Shown piece by piece: positions 8,559 through 16,787 of a DNA stretch of 56,086 bases (within the stretch, counting starts at the first letter, position 1; every line of letters begins with the position of its first letter). The notes below the pieces were generated by a model. That model was not told where the DNA came from, did not search any database, and saw only the letters and a program-made list of their open reading frames with translations. The stretch is taken from positions 2,834 through 58,919 of the forward strand of contig CAZTES010000003.1 of the NCBI GenBank assembly GCA_964612275.1, read 5' to 3'. This DNA is from an uncultured Rikenellaceae bacterium. GTDB lineage: Bacteria; Bacteroidota; Bacteroidia; Bacteroidales; VadinHA17. A program made the position numbers and the translations under genes.

Positions 8559-10037
8559 ATGCAAAGAATTGGTCTCCTCTCCGGTCCTTTGCTTGCGATC
8601 GTTCTGATTCTCTTTTTTGATCTTGACAAGGGAAATCCGAACGTTACCTTTACCGCTGCCGTTGCTCTCCTCATGGCCATCTGGTGGATTACGGAGTGTG
8701 TTCCCCTGGCGGTTACTGCTCTTTTACCGGTTGTTTTATTTCCCCTGATGGGGATTATGAATGGAAGAGCGGTATCTGCGCTCTATTTTAACCACATCAT
8801 TTTTCTCTTCATCGGTGGATTTATTGTAGCATTGGCGATGCAGAAATGGGACCTGCATCGGAGGATAGCATTATTCACCATGTTGATCTTTGGGATAAAG
8901 CCTGCCCGTATCCTCCTGGGTTTTATGATCACGACCTGGTTTTTGTCCATGTGGATCTCCAATACGGCTACAGCCATGATGATGGTTCCCATTGCTCTTT
9001 CTGTAATCATCAATCTGGAGGGGACGCTTAGTGCGAAACAGGTTAAGAAATATTCCATTGGTTTATTACTGGGAATTGCTTACAGTGCAAGCATTGGTGG
9101 CATTGCAACACTTGTTGGCACACCACCAAACCTTTCTTTTTCAAGAATCCTGACGATTACTTTTCCTGAGGTAACGGAGATCTCCTTTGCCTCCTGGTTC
9201 TTTTTTGCCTTCCCGATATCTCTTTTTTTCCTGCTCCTGGTCTGGTTGATCCTATCGTTTATATTTGGCAGGGAAAGTTTTTCAGTTGACCGATTCATTT
9301 TCAAGACGCAATTCAGGGAACTCGGAAGGATGCGGTTTGAAGAAAAAGTTATCTTAGCCGTCTTCCTGGGCATGGCTCTTTTATGGTTAACCAGAGCGGA
9401 TATAACCATCGGTCAGGTAACGATCCCTGGCTGGTCGGGAATATTTCCCCAGGCCGACTATATTAACGATGGCACTGTTGCCATAGCGCTTTCACTGATC
9501 CTCTTCATTGTTCCCTCGAAAGAAAAATCCCGGCTGATGGATTGGAAAACAGCTGCCAAACTGCCCTGGGGCATTGTCCTGCTTTTTGGCGGAGGATTCG
9601 CACTGGCAAGTGGCTTTAAGGAATCAGGCCTTTCGCAATGGTTCGGGATGCAGCTTTCCGGACTTGATGCTTTATCTCCGGGTTTTCTGATTGGAAGTAT
9701 CTGCTTCATGATCACTTTCCTTACGGAGCTGACATCCAACACGGCTACTGCAGAGATGATACTACCCATTCTTGCTGCTGTTGGAACAGCCATCGGAAGG
9801 AATCCCCTCTTGTTGATGGTCCCGGCCACTCTCGCAAGCTCTTTTGCATTCATGATGCCTGTGGCAACCCCGCCCAATGCCATCATTTTTGGTACCAACC
9901 GGATTCGTATCATGGATATGGTGAAAGTTGGATTCTTTATCAACCTTCTGGGGGTGCTTGCCCTGACGCTCGGAATCCTGGTTCTGGGATCTCTTCTGAA
10001 TATAGATCCTGCAATTATGCCGGAATGGGCAAAGTGA
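8559..10037 (+). CDS. SLC13/DASS-family Na+/dicarboxylate or sulfate symporter
   Basis: WISNTAT, GTPPN, ELTSNTAT, FMMPVATPPNAI motifs; many TM helices. ATG 8559 is preferred over TTG 8481. Confidence 0.93.
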   Translation: MQRIGLLSGPLLAIVLILFFDLDKGNPNVTFTAAVALLMAIWWITECVPLAVTALLPVVLFPLMGIMNGRAVSALYFNHIIFLFIGGFIVALAMQKWDLHRRIALFTMLIFGIKPARILLGFMITTWFLSMWISNTATAMMMVPIALSVIINLEGTLSAKQVKKYSIGLLLGIAYSASIGGIATLVGTPPNLSFSRILTITFPEVTEISFASWFFFAFPISLFFLLLVWLILSFIFGRESFSVDRFIFKTQFRELGRMRFEEKVILAVFLGMALLWLTRADITIGQVTIPGWSGIFPQADYINDGTVAIALSLILFIVPSKEKSRLMDWKTAAKLPWGIVLLFGGGFALASGFKESGLSQWFGMQLSGLDALSPGFLIGSICFMITFLTELTSNTATAEMILPILAAVGTAIGRNPLLLMVPATLASSFAFMMPVATPPNAIIFGTNRIRIMDMVKVGFFINLLGVLALTLGILVLGSLLNIDPAIMPEWAK

Positions 10038-10041
10038 GGGG

Positions 10042-10183
10042 AGTTATACGTTAAAAGTTATACGTTAAAAGTTATAAGTTGGGGGAGACTTTGAGAGGGT
10101 GATACGATGAGATTGGAAGGCTGAGAGACTGAGAGACGAAGGGACTGAGAGAAGTGAGTTGTGAGTGGTGAGTTATGAGAAGT
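10042..10183 (+). repeat. C-poor patchwork of short tandem repeats (GTTATAM heptamers, GAGACTGA octamers, GTGAGTK heptamers)
   Basis: AGTTATACGTTAAAAGTTATACGTTAAAAGTTATAAGTT; GAGACTTT...GAGACTGA GAGACGAA GGGACTGA; GTGAGTT GTGAGTG GTGAGTT. Confidence 0.8.
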
Positions 10184-10196
10184 CATGGTTACCAAT

Positions 10197-10260
10197 ACCC
10201 CGTAGGGGTTTAATATTGGTAGCCCCGGGTGAGAGAACGATAGTGACCGTAACCCGGGGT
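10197..10260. repeat. REP-like unit: ACCCCGTAGGGGT palindrome followed by a CCCCGGGT...ACCCGGGG hairpin
   Basis: Palindromes read directly. The same two-hairpin layout recurs at 36599-36658 (inverted) and 36678-36824. Confidence 0.6.
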
Positions 10261-10391
10261 TGGTGCGTTTTAGAATATATGGTCCAACTACCTGGTTATT
10301 CTGTGGGAAATCATTCCATGGACCAAACAAGCAGCAAGCCTAAATTCGAGAGAGAGAATTTATGACTGAAAGAAGAGCGATTGGAATTAAA

Positions 10392-10473
10392 GATTTCGTC
10401 CGAAGGACTCCTACGGAGAATATCGAATTTCGAACCTGTCCTGACCAACAATGTTGCGTCAGGATTTCGAATT
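10392..10473. repeat. AATTTCG heptamer array interrupted by two small hairpin elements
   Basis: GATTTCG [TCCGAAGGACTCCTACGGAG] AATATCG AATTTCG AA[CCTG TCCTGAC CAACAATGTTG C GTCAGGA]TTTCG AATT. Confidence 0.8.
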
Positions 10474-11107
10474 AAAAATTCAGGTTCACTCCCAGCTGAA
10501 TACCCGAATAATCCATTTCAAAATCTTCATATGTTTTGTCGTTCCCTTTTGCAAAATCATAGGCTAGATAGATCTGGGGGTTGAAACCGAAATTATTCAG
10601 GCTGAATCCAAACTGGCCCCTGTAACCCGGCATATTACACTCAAAATCCTCGAACCGCATTGCGTGATAGAACACACCACCACCAAAGAAGATTGAATTC
10701 TTTGCATTTTGGGAGAGTGGGATCAAGGCATTGGCTACAAAACCGGGTGAAAACCGACCGAAATTGAAAAATTTACTGGTCCCGCCGATCACTTTAATGT
10801 ACTTCATTCCTGCAGAATACTCGATTGTTCCATACAGTTCAACGTAATCATTGATCCGGTACCCCAGATCAAAGTGGGCACCGAGGTTAAGAATCAGGTC
10901 GGTAAAACCGACTGATTCAATAAGGTTTTCTTCTGCGAGCCAGGACTCAATATATTGATTCACATCGTCCGGGTTGAAAAAACCGATATGTATGCCAATG
11001 CCAACCAGAAATTTACCTTTGTTGAACCGGATGGTTTCCTTCTGGGCACCTGCAGTAAGAACTATTATCAGAAAACAGATAATTCCCGTTAACACTCTTT
11101 TTTTCAT
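10472..11107 (-). CDS. Putative outer-membrane beta-barrel protein
   Basis: Signal peptide, alternating amphipathic strands, C-terminal GIQLGVNLNF ending in Phe. Confidence 0.7.
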   Translation of the reverse strand: MKKRVLTGIICFLIIVLTAGAQKETIRFNKGKFLVGIGIHIGFFNPDDVNQYIESWLAEENLIESVGFTDLILNLGAHFDLGYRINDYVELYGTIEYSAGMKYIKVIGGTSKFFNFGRFSPGFVANALIPLSQNAKNSIFFGGGVFYHAMRFEDFECNMPGYRGQFGFSLNNFGFNPQIYLAYDFAKGNDKTYEDFEMDYSGIQLGVNLNF

Positions 11108-11226
11108 GATTTTCAGGTTTATTGTTATTTCACTTGAATGTTCTTGCTATACACGTAAATGTTTATTCCCCTTACTATTCTGATTGTTTTTCTTATGCGA
11201 GTATCAGGTTCAGCAGGTTTTAACAT

Positions 11227-13755
11227 TTACCGGAAAATTACATTGCCGAGCAGTATCCTGCCGCTTTTCCAGTATGCCCTGTAGTAGGGATCATCGGTAA
11301 TATAAACGATCTCACCACGTCCTATTCGTTCGGAACCGATTACCATACTGTTTTTCACTTCTTTCTGAAATTCACTACCGGCAAATCCGGCGACCGGTTC
11401 ACTGTTCAGGATATAACCGATATTGTTTCCCTTATCCAGGAAAGGGTAGTTGGCAGACATCTTCATAATAAACCATTTCTTTCCCAGTCCAAATGTATAG
11501 GGATGTGTTTCATCCAGATTCACACGGTAGATACTTCCAGCCGATCGTTCTTTTAGTCTCTCCCGGCGCTGGTTTTCATATTTCTTCAGGTGACTGGGAT
11601 CTTCGGTTTTGATCTTTTCCTTCTCGGCTTCCTTCTCTTTTTTCTTTGCTTCCACCGCGTTGAACAGATTGGTGGTTTTTTCTTCTGCGAAAAGAGAGAT
11701 TGACCGTTCAAATGCTACCAGCCGTCCCCCCTCTTTTACATAGTCAAGGAGTTTGTCTTTTTGCCTTGAATAGGAACCCGAAGGAAGAAGCAGGACATCA
11801 TATTTGGAAAGGTCGACTGAATTCAGGTAATCTGTACCAAGTACTGTGATCGGGTAGTTAATCTCTCGTTCGAAAAAATACCATAATTCACCAAAGGTAC
11901 CGCTGGATACTCCATCGCCACCAACCAGTGCAATTTCCGGTTTGCTTTTCAGGGGAGCATAATTCGATCCGAGATCTTTTCCTTTATCCACAATACCCGT
12001 GCTGGTAGTATGAAGCCGGACACCCGCAGCATTTGCTACGGTGACCATGGTTTGGTCAAAGGTGTCCTTCAGGTGTTTGTTATCGCCACGGGCGATAATA
12101 AGGCTACCCCTGTTGAATGCCTGTTTTCCGATAGTAAATGGCTTCATCGCATTCCTGATCCTGAACTTCCGTTTGAGCAGCTCAGCCATGAATTTCACTT
12201 CGTTGAAACCCGACCAGTTTACAACGTAGGCATAGGGTTTTGATTCAGGAAGAATATTTTCAGGTGGCGGAAGAACAACCTCTCCCTCTTTCGGAGGGAT
12301 GATCTCCTTCAGTGCATAAGCATTCAGATTATAAACATAGGGTAGCGCCCAGGCAGTCAGGTCGTAGCTGAGTGAATCGGTATATTTTGAATCGGGTTCG
12401 AACAGGACCTTGACAAAATGAGCCTGGGGTTGCCGGGCGGCTATCAGGAGATCCCCCTCATCGATAGTTACCTGACCGTTGTTGTTGGCAAGGTATTCAA
12501 ATCCGGTAAAGGTTTTTCCTTTGCTTCCTGCAAGGGAATACCTGATCTGGTTGCGATCGAGCAGTTCGAGCAGGTCCTGGATCGCTGCGCGATCGTTGTT
12601 CCCTTTTATGATCACCGACTCATATTCAAACGGAGGTTTGGTTAATCCTGATTTGAAATATGTATTGAATTCAGTAATGAGTTTTCCCCTGTTTTCATAG
12701 GAGACTCTGATTGTGGCAACGCTGGCCAGGTAGTGACCTTCAATCCGGTCCTGTAATGACAGGGTATCACCGGTTTCTCTTGCCACGGAAAGTCCCGAAT
12801 ACCCACCACCACCCTGTTCGTATGTAAAACCCATGGCTCCGTTAAACAGGGGCCAGGTATCACCAAAACTGGGACAAAAGAGATCGAAGCTCTCTTTCGT
12901 AAAATACAATTTGAACTGCTCATCAAAAAGCGCTGCATTTGCCTTTCCGGTCATATCATGAAATTCGTGTTGCCAGGGGGTGATCACCTCATGCCAGGGA
13001 TCAGCTCCGGGAGCAAAAAAGAAGGTAGAACCGGCTCCCATTTCATGAAAATCTGCATGTACCTGAGGCATGTACTGGTTGTAAAACATTAATCGTTGCC
13101 GTGTTTCTGCCTGTGTCTGCCAGGTCCAGTCCCTGTTCAGATCAAACAGGTAATGGTTCAACCGGGCACTTGGCCAACCCTCGTGATGCTCCCAATCGTC
13201 CGGATTCGCATTGGGCTGAACTGACTTTGACCTTCGGTACCGATAGGCGTAAAGATCCCTGCCATCTGCATTCTGGCAGGGATCAATAATAATCACACAT
13301 TCCTTCAACCAGTCGGTTACCCCTTCGTACGATTGGGTTGCCAGGACAAAGAGTGTTTTCATGGCGGCTTCCATACCCACAGACTCATTTCCATGGACAT
13401 TATAACTCAGCCAGATAAAGGGGATTTGTTTGCCTCCTTCGTTACCTTCCAGGAAGCCAGTGTTAATCAGGTTATTTTTCCTCAGGAATTCCAGATTCTC
13501 CAGGTTTTCCTTTGATGATACGAAAGCAACACCCAGGGGGCGCCCCTCATAACTTGCCCCATACGGTACATACTGCACATAAGGTGAGCCTTCAGCGACG
13601 TATTTGAAATAATCAACCGCCTGCAGATGAAAAGTAAATTGATCACCAAGCGGATATCCAAGATATTCCTCAGGTGATTTGATCGATTGCCCTAGAAGGT
13701 TGAATGTAAATCCAAGAAGAGCAAGGGAAAGGGTAAGTGTAATTCTGTTTGTCAT
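11227..13755 (-). CDS. M14-family zinc carboxypeptidase with C-terminal GATase-like domain
   Basis: VHGNE, NADGR, NHYLFDLNRDW, DFHEM, TYEQ motifs; signal peptide. Confidence 0.9.
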   Translation of the reverse strand: MTNRITLTLSLALLGFTFNLLGQSIKSPEEYLGYPLGDQFTFHLQAVDYFKYVAEGSPYVQYVPYGASYEGRPLGVAFVSSKENLENLEFLRKNNLINTGFLEGNEGGKQIPFIWLSYNVHGNESVGMEAAMKTLFVLATQSYEGVTDWLKECVIIIDPCQNADGRDLYAYRYRRSKSVQPNANPDDWEHHEGWPSARLNHYLFDLNRDWTWQTQAETRQRLMFYNQYMPQVHADFHEMGAGSTFFFAPGADPWHEVITPWQHEFHDMTGKANAALFDEQFKLYFTKESFDLFCPSFGDTWPLFNGAMGFTYEQGGGGYSGLSVARETGDTLSLQDRIEGHYLASVATIRVSYENRGKLITEFNTYFKSGLTKPPFEYESVIIKGNNDRAAIQDLLELLDRNQIRYSLAGSKGKTFTGFEYLANNNGQVTIDEGDLLIAARQPQAHFVKVLFEPDSKYTDSLSYDLTAWALPYVYNLNAYALKEIIPPKEGEVVLPPPENILPESKPYAYVVNWSGFNEVKFMAELLKRKFRIRNAMKPFTIGKQAFNRGSLIIARGDNKHLKDTFDQTMVTVANAAGVRLHTTSTGIVDKGKDLGSNYAPLKSKPEIALVGGDGVSSGTFGELWYFFEREINYPITVLGTDYLNSVDLSKYDVLLLPSGSYSRQKDKLLDYVKEGGRLVAFERSISLFAEEKTTNLFNAVEAKKKEKEAEKEKIKTEDPSHLKKYENQRRERLKERSAGSIYRVNLDETHPYTFGLGKKWFIMKMSANYPFLDKGNNIGYILNSEPVAGFAGSEFQKEVKNSMVIGSERIGRGEIVYITDDPYYRAYWKSGRILLGNVIFR

Positions 13756-13933
13756 GGTTAGAACGATTTACATAGTTATTTGGAAAATAAAAGTAAGAAA
13801 TATTCCGAAAGGGAAATAACGTTCAGAAATTTTATGATGATTTCTTGATTTTACAGCAAAGTTCCTGTATTTTTATTCATAATAATTTCTGAGAAGTAAT
13901 AAGATAACCCTCATCCCTGTAAAACATGAAACC

Positions 13934-14134
13934 ATGAAAAGGAAAAAACACTTTTTGCGCTTCTTTTCGTTAATTGCCATGCTATTGATGCTGGTTGCAT
14001 TAATTGACCTGATCTTTTCGCCCAAGTTTTTATTTGTTAATCATGTTGTGAACTATTTTCATGTTGCCAACTCCTTCCTACTGCTGGCAATCTTTACTGC
14101 ACTTTACCCGGTGGATGAAAAAACGCAGAGTTGA
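13934..14134 (+). CDS. Small two-TM membrane protein
   Basis: 66 aa with two hydrophobic segments and an A-rich leader; occupies an otherwise empty intergenic region. Confidence 0.65.
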   Translation: MKRKKHFLRFFSLIAMLLMLVALIDLIFSPKFLFVNHVVNYFHVANSFLLLAIFTALYPVDEKTQS

Positions 14135-14153
14135 TTTTGCGAAAAATTGTTTA

Positions 14154-14189
14154 GTATCCACAGGGTGACTCGAGTCACCCTGTGAATAC
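14154..14189. repeat. 26-bp perfect palindrome (36 bp with one mismatch), REP-like
   Basis: GTATC CACAGGGTGACTCGAGTCACCCTGTG AATAC. Confidence 0.8.
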
Positions 14190-14315
14190 AGCATAAGTCA
14201 TTTGGAGGGCTGAATTCTTTCAGAGAAATCCTTCCTGTATCATCTACTGTTTCCCCTGTTAAAAACTCATTAATAGATTCTACTTTTTATTTGTTGCAAC
14301 GAGAATCCAATCTTT

Positions 14316-14323
14316 TATCTTTG
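14316..14323 (+). promoter_or_regulatory. Bacteroidota sigma-A -7 box upstream of the transaldolase gene
   Basis: TATCTTTG matches TAnnTTTG. TTTG/GTTG lies about 20 nt upstream and the ATG is 47 nt downstream. Confidence 0.6.
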
Positions 14324-14370
14324 ACCGGACAGTTATTCGCGTATCTATTAAATTAAGAACTTCAATTATT

Positions 14371-15612
14371 ATGATAACTTACAAATCAACCATTTCAGAC
14401 AGGATTAAGAATTTCGTTCAAAGAGGAATTGATATTCACGGGCAGGAGGCAAGCTATGCTTCTGATCCCTTCTGGCAAAGCCTGCACAGCTGTGGTACTG
14501 AGCTATGGCTTGATACGGGAGATATGGAAGAAGCAGCAACGATCTGGACCACAGAAATTTCAGCGTTAACAACAAACAATACATTGCTGAATAAGGAGAT
14601 CCAGAAAGGAATTTATGATGATTACATCGAGGAGGCAAATGGCATCCTGAAAGAGATGGATCCTGGTTCGCGGATACTCGAAATTGCATTTATTTTGAAT
14701 GCCAGACATGGAATGCGATTGGTGGAACGGTTTGGAGGGAAAGTCAGCGTGGAGTTACACACTGATTTTGCGCATGATTTTAATGGTATTGTAGAATATG
14801 GTCAGCGCTTCTTTGAGATCTGTCCGGATCATTTCCTCATCAAAGTACCGTATACCGCTACCGGGCTGTTGGGCGCAAGAAGACTGCGTGAACTTGGTGT
14901 TGCCGTCAATTTCACCCTTGAATTCAGCGCGAGACAGAATGCCCTGGTTGCTGCCATCGCGAAACCCAATTACCTGAATGTGTTTCTGGGCCGGCTCGGA
15001 GCTTATATGGTTGATAACAACCTGGGAGATGGGAAACTGGTGGGTGAGAAAGCGACCCTCTCTGCACAAAAAGTGGTAAACTATTTTACAAAGCATCATG
15101 CTGCCCCAACTAAACTGATTGCTGCAAGCCTCAGAAATGCCAGTCAACTGGAAACCCTGGCAGGTGTCAATGTATTTACTATACCAACAAAAGTGGCAAC
15201 GGACGGAAAGGAGACCCTTTCGGGTGATTTTTTATCCAGAACAGAGGAGGTTTACCCCGTCACCCTCAACCAGGGAGTATCTGCAGAAGAGATCGGTTTT
15301 TCGAAATTATGGGAGGTGTCACAGAAAGAACTTGATCTGGCAATAGAATTTGATCGAAATCTGCCTGCTGATGCAGGAGATTTGGTGCAGAGGGCACGTG
15401 AAAAGGGATGTGGAGACATGTTCCCTGAACTCACTGAAGCAGACCACAAAACGATAACGGCTGATGGAAAAATCCCGGTTCATGAAAAATGGGCAAAACG
15501 GATTGCATCCGGGGAACTGGCGATTGATACCCTCCTGAACCTGGCAGGACTGGCATCCTTTGCAACCGATCAGGAGAAACTGGATGAACGGATTAGGAGT
15601 ATAATCAGTTAA
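14371..15612 (+). CDS. tal: Transaldolase-family protein (long variant)
   Basis: WLDTGD, TTNN, VSVEL, Schiff-base Lys in LIKVPYT, VNFTLEFS, VFLGR, AASLR. Confidence 0.8.
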   Translation: MITYKSTISDRIKNFVQRGIDIHGQEASYASDPFWQSLHSCGTELWLDTGDMEEAATIWTTEISALTTNNTLLNKEIQKGIYDDYIEEANGILKEMDPGSRILEIAFILNARHGMRLVERFGGKVSVELHTDFAHDFNGIVEYGQRFFEICPDHFLIKVPYTATGLLGARRLRELGVAVNFTLEFSARQNALVAAIAKPNYLNVFLGRLGAYMVDNNLGDGKLVGEKATLSAQKVVNYFTKHHAAPTKLIAASLRNASQLETLAGVNVFTIPTKVATDGKETLSGDFLSRTEEVYPVTLNQGVSAEEIGFSKLWEVSQKELDLAIEFDRNLPADAGDLVQRAREKGCGDMFPELTEADHKTITADGKIPVHEKWAKRIASGELAIDTLLNLAGLASFATDQEKLDERIRSIIS

Positions 15613-15689
15613 CCGGTTGCATTATAACTATCTTACCCGTTGGGTGATAGGTTGTGTTTGATTAGTTTGGCTCCTATTTATTATTTGTG

Positions 15690-15710
15690 CCTGTCTGCCG
15701 AACAGGCAGG
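15690..15710 (+). repeat. CCTG-footed mini-hairpin element
   Basis: CCTG TCTGCC GAACA GGCAGG sits between ATTTGTG and CATTCGTG. Confidence 0.65.
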
Positions 15711-15727
15711 CATTCGTGGCCCCTTGT

Positions 15728-16765
15728 TCACACCTGGCTTTTGAACATTTTCCTCAATTCCGGATCTAATCTACTGCAAAGGTCTGCCGAATATTTCCAC
15801 AGTTTCTCCCCTTCCCCTGCATCATAGACTTTTGGATCCATCTTCTTGGGATTGAACATGTGGAAGTATCGATTGGTCGTATTCTCCATCTCCTGGGAGG
15901 CAACCAGATAAATAATGGGTTTTGCGGCTTTATCGGGTGATTGGAAAAAAAGAGTAAAAATGAATTTCAGGATAACCCTCAACCAGCCCGGAGCATGCCT
16001 GCTTATATTTGAATTCACCGGACCCGGACAGATCACATTAACCGAGACGTTTACTGTGCCTGCCGGGTTTAACCGACGCGAGAGTTCAGTAGCAAAGGTA
16101 TTCATAACCAGTTTGTAATAACTGTAATTGTTCATCGCCTTCCGCACACCATAAGGCTGGTATTTGCCGAATTCTTCAAAATCTATTGCAGAAGCATTTT
16201 GATGGGAATCGGAGGAGATAAAAATAATTCTGGGTATTAGATCCGGACTGCTGTTTTTTGCGAACGGTTCATTTCGGATAATGCCGTTACGAAGGAGCCG
16301 GTTCAGCACAATAAATTTGGAAAGGTAATTGACCATAAAAATCTCATCCTGGCCCGATTCGGTTGGTTTCGAGCCGGGAGGTGCCACACCTGCATTGCAG
16401 ACAATGACATCAAGGTGAATATTTCGTTCCGCCAGGTTTTTGCAGAATTGAGCGATCGAATCAAGTTTTGTCAGGTCAAGGGGTACCATTTCGACAGATT
16501 CAGAGCCGGTCAGATCCATTAGCTTCTCCCCGGCTTCCGGGATTCCGCTCCGGCATGCCATGATTACATGACCGCCTCTTTTTGCCATCTCCCTGGCGAT
16601 GGCAAAACCCAGCCCGGAGTTTGAACCGGTTACCAGGCAGGCTTTTCCGTCCAGCCTGTCATCTTCCCGCAGGTTCCCGGCAAGCTTCTGTTTTCTGAAA
16701 ATATCCAGGATCCCGGTTAATGTTGCCTGAACTGGATTATTGAAGCGTCCATATGACATAGCCAT
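15728..16765 (-). CDS. SDR-family NAD(P)-dependent oxidoreductase (retinol-dehydrogenase-like)
   Basis: VTGSNSGLG, CNAG, YSYYK (YxxxK), CPGPVNS. Confidence 0.9.
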   Translation of the reverse strand: MAMSYGRFNNPVQATLTGILDIFRKQKLAGNLREDDRLDGKACLVTGSNSGLGFAIAREMAKRGGHVIMACRSGIPEAGEKLMDLTGSESVEMVPLDLTKLDSIAQFCKNLAERNIHLDVIVCNAGVAPPGSKPTESGQDEIFMVNYLSKFIVLNRLLRNGIIRNEPFAKNSSPDLIPRIIFISSDSHQNASAIDFEEFGKYQPYGVRKAMNNYSYYKLVMNTFATELSRRLNPAGTVNVSVNVICPGPVNSNISRHAPGWLRVILKFIFTLFFQSPDKAAKPIIYLVASQEMENTTNRYFHMFNPKKMDPKVYDAGEGEKLWKYSADLCSRLDPELRKMFKSQV

Positions 16766-16787
16766 GTGATTTTAACGGACCCAGGGG

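Noticed and set aside
10042-10473. CRISPR array in the repeat-rich intergenic regions (also 36500-36900 and 38586-39100)
   Set aside because: There are no identical 25-45 bp repeats separated by unique spacers of constant length, and no cas genes.
10058-10584. Short ORFs across the repeat tract (10058-10330, 10165-10365, 10381-10584) and 25005-25193
   Set aside because: They are low-complexity translations of repeats and palindromes with no protein-like features.
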